A DNA stretch of 25,912 nt from a virus (taxonomy: Duplodnaviria > Caudoviricetes): positions 1-25,912 of IMG/VR virus record IMGVR_UViG_3300030433_001532; one strand, 5' to 3'. The stretch's first letter is position 1. Every line of letters starts with the position of its first letter. A model generated the notes under the pieces. It did no database searches and had not been told where the DNA came from. It worked only from the letters and a program-made list of their open reading frames with translations. Position numbers and translations under genes: made by a program. Below, one piece after another: positions 15,721 to 24,293 of this stretch.

Positions 15721-17402
15721 TACTTATTCAACTCGTTTGCCTTTAGAGTTTCTTTATATAACTCTAGTGCCTTTTTCCGCTCGGCCTCTGTTTTTGGATC
15801 TTCGATATATTTCTCCAACGTTTCTAAATAAATTAGCTCTAGTGCTAAGCTTGAGGTTTTGCCTTTCAGTCTTCTTTTTGTTTCTTGCCTCACCTCTCTT
15901 ACGTCTTCTGCCGTGTATGCCTGTAGCGATTTATTTGGCAGCCCAAAGCGTGGCCTCGGTAGAGCTGTGAGACTTGCCTTCTTGCCCTCGGACAAACTAT
16001 CGACCGCGCGCTGAAACGCTTCTAATGCATCGCCGCCATCTATAATTTCAGCGTCATAACTTGCCAGTATTGCTTCAGCTTTTTGGCGCGATCCTGGCAA
16101 CAATTTATCGATAATCGAATTCGGCTTAGCGAGATTTTTAAGAACCTCACGGAATAGCTTTTCCTGTTTAACTTGTGGCGTCTTACTCAGCTCTTGCTCG
16201 GCGAACGCCTGTAGGGTTTTCTTTGTGCCAATCTCTAGACTTCGGTCACCCCAAACGTCGTCTAAGACCTTATTCATTGCTTCCTTTGTTTGTGCGCCTC
16301 TAATGTCTATCGTGTATTGTGAAACGAGCGCTTTTGGTTCAGCGATAGGCACGCCTTTGTTTTCAATGGCTGCGATTAATCGAGAACGATGTTTTTCGTC
16401 GATGAAGCTGTTGCCGTATGCCTCTTCGACTTCTTCCGCCGTCAGCTCGGTTAAACCTCTTGCTGCTTCTGCCTCGTCGATAGTGACGCGATTATAAAAT
16501 TCAAAATATTTTGCGCGCTGATTGTCCTCTCTCCTTTGCTTATTTAACTTACGTTCAAGTTCTCTCTCTCTATTGCTTTTCGTCTCTAGCGTTTGCTCAA
16601 GTCTTTGCGCGCGCTCACTCAAATCTTGACGCGCGGTAACCGACAGGTCGGGGTATTTATTCGAGTTAATGTCATCAAATATCTGACGAGCGCCATCTGG
16701 CGTGGCGGCACCTGTGAGCAATTTCTCAACTTGTAGCCGCGCTAAGCCCTGGATGTTTTTTTGCAGTTCCGACCGACGTTGTTCAGCGGTGAGGTAACCA
16801 ATCTCTTCCAGATGTTGCAGCGGCATTCTAATGCCAAGATCAATAGCCATATCGCGCATCGGACCGCTTGGCATCGTTGAGATACTTTTAACCTTTTCCG
16901 TGATACGAGTTCGCGTTCGAGCTATATGAGTTGATGCTTGTCGCTTACGAGCAAGCTGCCGAACAGTCGTCACGCCATCAGTCACCAAAGCCCTGGCTGT
17001 TCGCTCAAAGGCTCGCCGCGAGCTGCCCGTCGTAAACGAAAGCACCTCACCGTCTCTCGTTTTAAAACCGCCAGAGGTTATGCGGCTCAACTTCGGCTGC
17101 ACTAAGCGGCGGAACTCATTCTCGGCTTTTACTGGATCGTCGTAACCCTGCACCGCAACGCGTGCGTTGTTGATCTCTGTTTGGAGAGCGGTCCCGGCCT
17201 TACTGTTTTCCTCATCTGTAAGAATTTGCTTTTGTATGTTTCCCCATTGCAGCGCCTCTCTGCTTATCTGTTGCCCAAGCTCAGATACTGCCTGTCCTTC
17301 GGCCATGAACGGTGCGGCATTTGCCTGGACGTTCATCGGGCGCGCGCCTGTATCACGGCTACGTGCATTGATAGCTGGCTTTTGTATAACGGGAATACGC
17401 AT
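15720..17402 (-). CDS. Internal virion protein, 560 aa
   Basis: MRIP N-terminus, helical, coupled (TAATG) within the core-protein cluster. Confidence 0.7.
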   Translation of the reverse strand: MRIPVIQKPAINARSRDTGARPMNVQANAAPFMAEGQAVSELGQQISREALQWGNIQKQILTDEENSKAGTALQTEINNARVAVQGYDDPVKAENEFRRLVQPKLSRITSGGFKTRDGEVLSFTTGSSRRAFERTARALVTDGVTTVRQLARKRQASTHIARTRTRITEKVKSISTMPSGPMRDMAIDLGIRMPLQHLEEIGYLTAEQRRSELQKNIQGLARLQVEKLLTGAATPDGARQIFDDINSNKYPDLSVTARQDLSERAQRLEQTLETKSNRERELERKLNKQRREDNQRAKYFEFYNRVTIDEAEAARGLTELTAEEVEEAYGNSFIDEKHRSRLIAAIENKGVPIAEPKALVSQYTIDIRGAQTKEAMNKVLDDVWGDRSLEIGTKKTLQAFAEQELSKTPQVKQEKLFREVLKNLAKPNSIIDKLLPGSRQKAEAILASYDAEIIDGGDALEAFQRAVDSLSEGKKASLTALPRPRFGLPNKSLQAYTAEDVREVRQETKRRLKGKTSSLALELIYLETLEKYIEDPKTEAERKKALELYKETLKANELNK

Positions 17403-17905
17403 TAGGCGAACATCATGGCGGTTGAAGATGCTGTTCCAAGCAAACTAGCCATGGCGCGCGTCCGCGCAGCGCGAGCTTTGGCAGCTCCTTCTGCGCGGGT
17501 AACCGCAGCAGCCATACGACGCTCTACGGCTTCTTCTCTAAAGACTTGGGCATCGACCTCGGCGTTAAATGCCGTGTTACGTATTTGCTCGTCAGCGCGT
17601 TGCGCGCTTTCAAGCGCTACCTCTAGCGCTGTGTCGGTGCCGGCGACTACGCCGCTTGCATTATACGCAGCTTGCTGGTCGGCGATAAACTCAACAGCGT
17701 CTTCGCGAAGGCGACCTTCTTCAACCTTCGACATGAAGATACGCTGTTCAGCTTGCTGCTCGGCTACCTTCGCGTTTCGCTCTTGAATATCAGCATTGTA
17801 TTCCGCAATGCGCTGCGCAGAGTTGCCGGCTTTCGCGGATCCGCTGGCACCAATAATACCGCCCGCGACATTGGCACCGGCTGCAATAATTAAAGGCACT
17901 GACAT
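17402..17905 (-). CDS. Small internal virion protein (T7 gp14-like position)
   Basis: Ala/Gly-rich hydrophobic ends, QQAAYNASGV motif. Confidence 0.75.
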   Translation of the reverse strand: MSVPLIIAAGANVAGGIIGASGSAKAGNSAQRIAEYNADIQERNAKVAEQQAEQRIFMSKVEEGRLREDAVEFIADQQAAYNASGVVAGTDTALEVALESAQRADEQIRNTAFNAEVDAQVFREEAVERRMAAAVTRAEGAAKARAARTRAMASLLGTASSTAMMFA

Positions 17906-18327
17906 TATATCACCTTCGCGTAGCGCACATAATCTGCGCCTTCAGGTCCGAAACTTGGCATCATGCCTTCTTCCTTCATTCCAACGAACTCTGCGAAACG
18001 TCTCGCAGTATCCCAGTCGGCGCGCACGTTTGACTGTATGCGCCTATACCCGCCTTGCTTGAAATAGCCGTCTAATAACTCACGCATGCCGCGGGCGACC
18101 GACACGGGGCGGCTCTGAATTGCATCGCTCACCACAATCCAAACCTCGCCGAGGCCCTCCCAAATATCTATGATGCCGACACACATGGCCGGCTGGTCAT
18201 CAATAAACACCGTCAGCGCTTCACCGCTTTCCTCAATGATGCGCGCTTGCTCTTCCCACCTCGATGGGTCGTCGTGTTTAGCTAAAATCGCAACCGCGTG
18301 TTCCGCGCGGAAATCGTCAACGATCAA
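17905..18327 (-). CDS. GNAT-fold protein (T7 gp13-like position)
   Basis: GLGEVW...RRIQSNV...RFAEFVGMKEEGMM..FG; TTG start inferred (ORF is open to 18354). Confidence 0.75.
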   Translation of the reverse strand: MIVDDFRAEHAVAILAKHDDPSRWEEQARIIEESGEALTVFIDDQPAMCVGIIDIWEGLGEVWIVVSDAIQSRPVSVARGMRELLDGYFKQGGYRRIQSNVRADWDTARRFAEFVGMKEEGMMPSFGPEGADYVRYAKVI

Positions 18328-20899
18328 AGACTTCAAGTCGCGCGTAAATGCCAAGCACGCTCATGGGCAGCGGCTGGTCTTGCTTCACAAAAACCTGGGC
18401 ATCTGTGTCGTAGCCGTTGGGAAACTCGATCGTCTTATCGCCGGTAAACAAATCTAGAGCTTGTCCCATTTCATCGGCTGACGATCGAAACGGTATCAAG
18501 TCGTTATTGGTTGCGCTGGATCCAACCTTCGCGCCAACCGTGCGGAATAACCTCACAACAATATCGTGTATGCGTTTGATTGCGCCCTGGCTAACGCCTT
18601 GCGCTGACCCGCCTTCGATACGCATTGTTTTAAGAAGAGACGTATAGCCAAGCCCAATATGCGCTTTCGTGGCAGATCGATCGAGCGTGACTGCGCCAGA
18701 CGACACTGTCTTGTTGGGGTGCGCTGCGCCGTCAGCAAGTATCGTAACGTTTTCGCCTTCTAGGTGCGTCAGCCCGCTTATCGTCGTCGCCGCGCTGCCT
18801 GAATATGTCAGGCCGCTGTCAACGTAAAACGCATCGGATGCTGATGTACCAAAGTCAATATCCGATAGACGCTCGATGTATCGCTTTGTGGCACCGTTGA
18901 TGGTGCGCTGAACAACGACATACACTTCGTCCTCATCAAGATCGCCCGGCAAGACAGCAACGCTTTCGACAAGTGCATTAGCTTGATTTGTTGTCGCTAG
19001 GCGCGTTGTGTCGCTGCTTTCGATCGACAAGAACCCAGTGCCCGCGCGTGCCGTTTCGGTCACAGTCACCACGTTCGCCGCAGGATTGGCAACGGTGAAG
19101 TCTGCGTGGGCATTAATCGCTGCCTGAATGTTGTCGGCGGTTGTGTTATTGTCTGCGTTTGGTCGAAAGCCGAGCGAGCTGCTTGGCGACGATGAGCCGG
19201 CGGCCTCACTCGTAAACGTCACTAACGTGCCGTCGCTTTTTGTCAGCTTGAGCGTTGTGCCGGTTGGAATGTTTGCAAAGTCCGTAACGGTTATCGTTGC
19301 TGCACCGCTGACGCCGGCGACAATGTGTCGGTGCCAGGCGACGACTTGCTCTTCACGGCGATACGTCATGCCGCATAGCTGCCCGTCAGCTCGCACCGCA
19401 AAGATTATGTTGTCGGGCTCTTGTTGCAGAGCCAACTCAATGAAACCGCCTTCGCTGACATGCTCAGACAAGATTGTCATGTCAGGTGCAATGAAACCGT
19501 CAACGTCAAAGTTAAATTGCAACTCTCGAATTTTGCGCTTGGCTCTTTGTAAAAACAAAACGGCACTGCCCGCCGTCACTGGCGACACGTTAGCTGTGCC
19601 ATGCGTCGTTTGTCTTTTAATCTGAATATTGGTCGGAGTTATTGGATCGAGGTTCGACCCACTGCCCGCCGAGAACTCTGCACCTGTCGTCAGAACGATA
19701 AGAGTGCGAGAGGGCACCAGCGCTCTAATGACGTTTACTTGCGAGCTGGCTAAGGTAAAAACCATGGCGTCACCATCGTCGGCGCCAGTATTGAATTGAT
19801 CGAAGCCACCTGACTCAGAAAAGAAAACTGTCTGCGGCTGGCTTAGCGTGCCGGCATACACAAGACGCTCTTCGTAGAAACAAATGGCGCCAGGAAAGCC
19901 GGTCGTCTCTGAGAAGGCACCTAGTGACCACTCGTCTGTCGCCTCAAGCGTACCTACAATTGTGAAAGATCCGCCGGCGCTTTCGCCGTTTAAGTCGTCT
20001 GACGGTGCAGTCAGTATCGTGTCGTTTATCACCTCGGCAATCAAAAATGTGCCGTTATTTGAACTCGTGCCGCTTATCGTGATTTTCTGCCCAACAGCAA
20101 AGCCTTCGTCTTTGAAAGCTTTGTTACTATCAACGATGCGATCGTTATGCTCGATGCCGGTTAGACTTGGATCGCCCTCTGTGAAAGAAATCGTTGTTGC
20201 CGTGTACTCTGGCAACAGCTCAGCTTTGCCGTCTAAGTTTGCTTGCACCACAGCATTGACTTGCGTGGCACTTGTGAACGCCGAGATCTTTGCAAAGCCA
20301 TCGTAGATTTTTACCAGGCGCCCAACGTCTGTGCTGACAAACGTATCGGCACTCGCTGTGAGAGTTACGGTGCCGGTGCGCGCGCTCGCTGTGATTGTTG
20401 TGTCGGTCGTGTTCTGGTCTAAGAACGGACCAAACTCAAAAACAACTTCTGTTAAAGTCCAGTTTACATCCGACGTTCTCGTAAGCTTCCGCGGCGCGTG
20501 ATTTGGATGCACGATGAACATCGTATCAGCGCTCTGCGCAAATTTTAATTCAAACAGCTCGGCGGTTAGGTACGGCGTAGATATCTCAACGATTGAACCG
20601 CTATTTAAAATTTGTCCGCCGTTCTTGTAGAACCGCATATATTGGTTGCCGGCTTCAATTAGGTAAACTTGCTCGGTGTTAAACTCGAACGGAATTATTC
20701 GAGTTGATAGAGAGCTTGTTTTAACCTCGGCTATAAATTCTGTACCTGGTCGCCTCGTGACGCCGCCGTGCGGATGGACAAGAAAATTTTCTAAATTGGT
20801 CACACCATTGCGATATTTGGCAAGGTCAACGCGACCGTCCAATCGTGGCGACAACTCGCCCGCCGTGAAGTTGGTGTGCGCGTGAGCGAGACGAGGCAT
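18317..20899 (-). CDS. Tail tubular protein B / nozzle (T7 gp12-like)
   Basis: NFTAGELSP.L.GRVDL...GGVTRRPGT, AQSAD and AWHRH motifs; 860 aa. Confidence 0.9.
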   Translation of the reverse strand: MPRLAHAHTNFTAGELSPRLDGRVDLAKYRNGVTNLENFLVHPHGGVTRRPGTEFIAEVKTSSLSTRIIPFEFNTEQVYLIEAGNQYMRFYKNGGQILNSGSIVEISTPYLTAELFELKFAQSADTMFIVHPNHAPRKLTRTSDVNWTLTEVVFEFGPFLDQNTTDTTITASARTGTVTLTASADTFVSTDVGRLVKIYDGFAKISAFTSATQVNAVVQANLDGKAELLPEYTATTISFTEGDPSLTGIEHNDRIVDSNKAFKDEGFAVGQKITISGTSSNNGTFLIAEVINDTILTAPSDDLNGESAGGSFTIVGTLEATDEWSLGAFSETTGFPGAICFYEERLVYAGTLSQPQTVFFSESGGFDQFNTGADDGDAMVFTLASSQVNVIRALVPSRTLIVLTTGAEFSAGSGSNLDPITPTNIQIKRQTTHGTANVSPVTAGSAVLFLQRAKRKIRELQFNFDVDGFIAPDMTILSEHVSEGGFIELALQQEPDNIIFAVRADGQLCGMTYRREEQVVAWHRHIVAGVSGAATITVTDFANIPTGTTLKLTKSDGTLVTFTSEAAGSSSPSSSLGFRPNADNNTTADNIQAAINAHADFTVANPAANVVTVTETARAGTGFLSIESSDTTRLATTNQANALVESVAVLPGDLDEDEVYVVVQRTINGATKRYIERLSDIDFGTSASDAFYVDSGLTYSGSAATTISGLTHLEGENVTILADGAAHPNKTVSSGAVTLDRSATKAHIGLGYTSLLKTMRIEGGSAQGVSQGAIKRIHDIVVRLFRTVGAKVGSSATNNDLIPFRSSADEMGQALDLFTGDKTIEFPNGYDTDAQVFVKQDQPLPMSVLGIYARLEVFDR

Positions 20900-21469
20900 T
20901 TATAGACGCGACTCCAAAAACAATTCGGACTCGATCGTGTCGGGCGTGCCTTCGGTCGCGTCGGTGAAACGAGCCTCGCGCAAACGCGCCTCGTAGATCG
21001 CGTTCATCTGTTGCTGCAAGCCAAGACTGTTGGCTAACGGGTATGCAATGTCGGCGGCGATCGCAGAGCTGATCGTCTCAATCAACAAGGTGTCGTATTC
21101 GTTGGGGTCTGTTATACGCGCAACATATTTAATCTTCATTGCGTCTTCGTTCGACAAGAGCAAGCGACCTTCGATGGCATACTCAACGCCGTCGCTTTCG
21201 CCTTCGACTTCTAAGACACGCAGACAAAAGGGATCTGCCGGCAGCCCAAATTGGTTCGCATACTCCCAGCTCGGTGACGCGGTTTCTTTTGCTAATTCTG
21301 CCCGACGAATAAGGCTGTTCCACGGGTGGGATCGGAAAACGCTATCGCGGATGAACTCAAACCGCTGATTGCATAAGCGCGCCGCTCGCGAGTCTTCGGT
21401 CAGACTAATGATGTTGCTGGCGCCCACCATGTTGAGAGCGCTGTTGCAGATATCAACGTCACTTGCCAT
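20900..21469 (-). CDS. Tail tubular protein A / adaptor (T7 gp11-like)
   Basis: SDVDICNSAL..VG...I.SL...HPWN...LPAD.CLRV pattern. Confidence 0.88.
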   Translation of the reverse strand: MASDVDICNSALNMVGASNIISLTEDSRAARLCNQRFEFIRDSVFRSHPWNSLIRRAELAKETASPSWEYANQFGLPADPFCLRVLEVEGESDGVEYAIEGRLLLSNEDAMKIKYVARITDPNEYDTLLIETISSAIAADIAYPLANSLGLQQQMNAIYEARLREARFTDATEGTPDTIESELFLESRL

Positions 21470-21479
21470 CGGAATTCCT

Positions 21480-21509
21480 AAAAAGAAAAGGGGGGCGCAA
21501 GGCCCCCCT
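21480..21509 (-). terminator. Rho-independent terminator after the capsid/cement genes
   Basis: Minus strand GGGGGGC-cttgc-GCCCCCC followed by TTTTCTTTT. Confidence 0.85.
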
Positions 21510-21514
21510 AATCA

Positions 21515-21994
21515 TTAAGAGACAACGTAGTGAATGATGAAGGACATATCACCGGCGGTGCCACCAGCCGCGGCCATCGTCGCGGAGATGTAATAGTACC
21601 CACCAGGATCAGAACTGGCGCCAGCCAGCTCCCACATCTTTTTGCCAACGGTGTTGATGTCGTCAGCCTCGTGCCTCACATCGGCTAATGCACCGGCGTC
21701 TGCTACAGCCGTAGCAAACTTGTCTTCGTCAACGACCACACCAGCGGTGGTGTAGATGCCGACGTTGAAGGTGCAGCTACCGCCCAGCGAGTCAGAGCCG
21801 ATAAAGATATGCGGCACAGACGCGTTGCTCGGTATCATCGCGAGATGGACAATGTCGTCGTTGTCACTGTCGCCAGTGTCAAGCGCGACCGTACCCTGTG
21901 CTATACGCATGACGCCATGTAGCTGGGTAATGTCATTCATCTCAGGAGGGCTGGCTTCGAAGTTCGTCACCAGCGTACTGTTTTTAGTACCCAT
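21515..21994 (-). CDS. Capsid cement/decoration protein
   Basis: Beta-rich 159 aa directly after the MCP and before the terminator; RBS AGGAG. Confidence 0.65.
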   Translation of the reverse strand: MGTKNSTLVTNFEASPPEMNDITQLHGVMRIAQGTVALDTGDSDNDDIVHLAMIPSNASVPHIFIGSDSLGGSCTFNVGIYTTAGVVVDEDKFATAVADAGALADVRHEADDINTVGKKMWELAGASSDPGGYYYISATMAAAGGTAGDMSFIIHYVVS

Positions 21995-22003
21995 GATTTA
22001 CTC

Positions 22004-22681
22004 CTAAGCGCTTTCGTCGCAATCGATAGAAACGACCTTTTCCTCTTCCATTCTGGTGCTACCAAAACTTGCGCAATAGTAGACCTGTGTGGAGTAGGAT
22101 TTATCGGCACGCTCTTCGATGCGAGCTGTTACATCTTTGCCAACGGCAAGCAGCAATCCGTCTTGTGCGAAAGCAAAGCACTTACGAATGTTGCCCGTCT
22201 TTGACAGACGCGTTGAGGTTATAAAAGAGAAACCCAAATACGAATTGATCTGGCCTTGAGCTAAGGCTTTCACAGTATTGAAGTCCGAACTTTTTACCTC
22301 GGTTGTGTTCAACAAAGCCGTGATCTGATCCGGCGATACCACAACATAACGTGGGATCGATGGATCAACGTCCGACTCATCGAGCAGCTCCTTCGCTTCC
22401 AACAGTTTTGCAACCGTCATGTCCGCTGAGCCATCTGCGATCGTCTTGGTGAGCGCTTGGCTGCCAGCGCCAGCTTTGCCGGTCGAGGCCGATCCGGTTG
22501 CAGCGGCAATGATTTCGTCATCCATGCTGCGCGAGATCGCCGCGGCGGCTGCCTGGGCGTAGGTGCTGGTCGGATCTGCCAACAGCTTAATTTTATCGCT
22601 ATCGTCAATCAAATCCGCCCACTCGTAGGTCTCCATGGTGACCATTCGACGCGAGTGTGGTGTTTCAACCAGTGGTGTATC
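22004..22681 (-). CDS. Major capsid protein, exon 2 (225 aa; spliced product 285 aa)
   Basis: Begins DTPLVETPHSRRMVTMETYEWADLIDD..K...DPTS.Y; contains SSDFNTVKAL..G and ERADKSYSTQVY motifs of HTVC010P/BPP-1-like capsids. Confidence 0.92.
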   Translation of the reverse strand, partial: DTPLVETPHSRRMVTMETYEWADLIDDSDKIKLLADPTSTYAQAAAAAISRSMDDEIIAAATGSASTGKAGAGSQALTKTIADGSADMTVAKLLEAKELLDESDVDPSIPRYVVVSPDQITALLNTTEVKSSDFNTVKALAQGQINSYLGFSFITSTRLSKTGNIRKCFAFAQDGLLLAVGKDVTARIEERADKSYSTQVYYCASFGSTRMEEEKVVSIDCDESA

Positions 22682-22939
22682 CAGAGTTCTTCAATAAGTT
22701 GCGCTACCAACTTACCGGCTGACTTGCAGCTCCCGACAATTTCTTGCCGGCTGAGACTATATCACCATCCCAATGGGATGCCCTGCGCTTCGGGCCGCTT
22801 GGCCCTACTCCTTGCGGATAGTCGTTGCACGTTCCCTTGCGGGCTTCGCTCAGTATTGCCTTCGCCCTTACGCGTTAAGGTGTCCACTGAATTCACAGGG
22901 TTATCAATTAACCGTTGCCGATTAATGCGCCAAAATTTT
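22682..22939 (-). ncRNA. Group I intron (IA2-like, 258 nt, no ORF)
   Basis: 5' exon ends in U, intron ends in G. P1 CGCU/GGCG with U.G pair; P3 CCCUGUG/CGCAGGG; P4 UUCAGU/ACUGAG; P7 GACUA/UAGUC; P8 CAUCCC/GGGAUG; P9 with GAAA loop. Removal restores RHA|DTP. Confidence 0.93.
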
Positions 22940-23119
22940 AGCGTGGCGGCTTACTTTCTTTTGGGCCGCGACTGAACCTACCTGGTCGAAAAATGCCTTC
23001 TCGCCGGTCACCGACTCCTCGCGGACACTGCCGCGAAGCTTCGATCCGCGCTGCTGAGCAAGTAACGTGATCGTGTTACTGAACTGCTGAACAAACGCGG
23101 TAGTAATCTGCGTACTCAT
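22940..23119 (-). CDS. Major capsid protein, exon 1 (60 aa)
   Basis: MSTQITTAFVQQFS...LLAQQRGSKLR...GEKAFFDQVG...SRHA, a typical MCP N-terminus; RBS GGAG. Confidence 0.92.
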
Positions 23120-23257
23120 TACACAAATACTCCGGTTAAGGTTTCAGGATGTTTCGGTCAGCTACCCGCAAGACGGACTTACCTTCGCTTTGCGCCCGAT
23201 CGGCGACTTGTCTTACAAGCTTACAACAGGACCGCGAACGGCTACCCTGCTACACGG

Positions 23258-24073
23258 CTAAGCGCCGTATATCTCTTCGTACAAGCGATTGCGCTCCGAT
23301 ACGAAATAATCATGTTGGGGATGCTTCCGATCCCACAGCGGCCCATTGGGCGCTTCAATCTCTACAAGCTTGGCCTTGGCCTCGTCAGGCGTAATCGAAT
23401 TATCGCTACGCTCGCCGACGAACTCGTCTTCACTTACACGCTCGCGAATGAACGTGCCGACGTTGACCATCGCGCGAATGAAGTCAGGGTGATCGCCGAG
23501 CGATCGACCGTCTGCCAATATGATTTCTGTAATGTCTTCATTGCCAAACTCAGTGACAACGCTATTGGCTACGCCCAAGCGATCCTCAAACGCGTTGCCA
23601 TATTCTTTGCGCAGCTCGGCGCTAATTTCATCACGCATCAACTCAAGATCGGGGCCGGCCTCTTCGGCTTGCTGCCCTACCATTTCGTTGTAGGCCGACA
23701 TAAGCTTTTGCGCTTGCGCATTGTTCAGGCCGATATCGTGCGCCGTTTCTTTAAACCAACCAACCAGGTTCTCGTCCGCACCCTCGCCCGCATCCAGCTC
23801 GTACTGGTCGCCCGTCTCCGGTCTGCCCAGCCGGTCGTACACTTCCGCCCAGTCGTCGTCGCTCGCGTACTGCCCCGGCAAAGCTATCTTGTCCCTGCCG
23901 ATCATGCTGCTTGCGTTGACGTAAGCTTTCGCCAGGTTCTCGACGCTTTGTATCGGCTCCAACGTGCTGTGATCTCTCAACTCGTCTGATAATTGATTTC
24001 TCCAACTGTCTTCCTCAGACGATGCTACCGGCGCCTCTTCTTCCGCCGACATCGCTACCTGTTCTTCAGACAT
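23258..24073 (-). CDS. Capsid scaffolding protein
   Basis: Acidic; LAKAYVNASSMIG, YDRLGRPE, GLNNAQAQ, LGDHPDFI and HPQHD motifs; lies between portal and MCP. Confidence 0.85.
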   Translation of the reverse strand: MSEEQVAMSAEEEAPVASSEEDSWRNQLSDELRDHSTLEPIQSVENLAKAYVNASSMIGRDKIALPGQYASDDDWAEVYDRLGRPETGDQYELDAGEGADENLVGWFKETAHDIGLNNAQAQKLMSAYNEMVGQQAEEAGPDLELMRDEISAELRKEYGNAFEDRLGVANSVVTEFGNEDITEIILADGRSLGDHPDFIRAMVNVGTFIRERVSEDEFVGERSDNSITPDEAKAKLVEIEAPNGPLWDRKHPQHDYFVSERNRLYEEIYGA

Positions 24074-24293
24074 CGCTGTCCTCTCTCTGTGGTTCGTCGC
24101 GCATGAGCGACATCAAAAACAAAACAACAGAGCGTTGCCCCTCCCGGTAAGCGCTCTCGTATGGGTCTGTCGAAAACGTGGGCGAATAAAATCCGTAGCG
24201 CGCCTTGAGATCTTCAAGTACGTGCTGCCCCTCGTCTGTGTTCAAAAGAAGCTTCGCGTCGTCGCGAAGCGCTTTGACCTGTTCAGGCGTCAT
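24066..24293 (-). CDS. Conserved small head-module protein (BPP-1 Bbp19-like)
   Basis: EGQHVLEDL...DPYESAYREGQRSVV motif directly after the portal. Confidence 0.8.
   Translation of the reverse strand: MTPEQVKALRDDAKLLLNTDEGQHVLEDLKARYGFYSPTFSTDPYESAYREGQRSVVLFLMSLMRDEPQREDSDV

Noticed and set aside
22457-22975. 172-aa plus-strand ORF as an intron-encoded homing endonuclease
   Set aside because: Antisense to the intron, spans both exons and has no HNH, GIY-YIG or LAGLIDADG motif.
22004-23119. MCP as a pseudogene, frameshift or two separate genes
   Set aside because: Both parts are in the same frame, and the insert has complete group I intron hallmarks with exact junctions.
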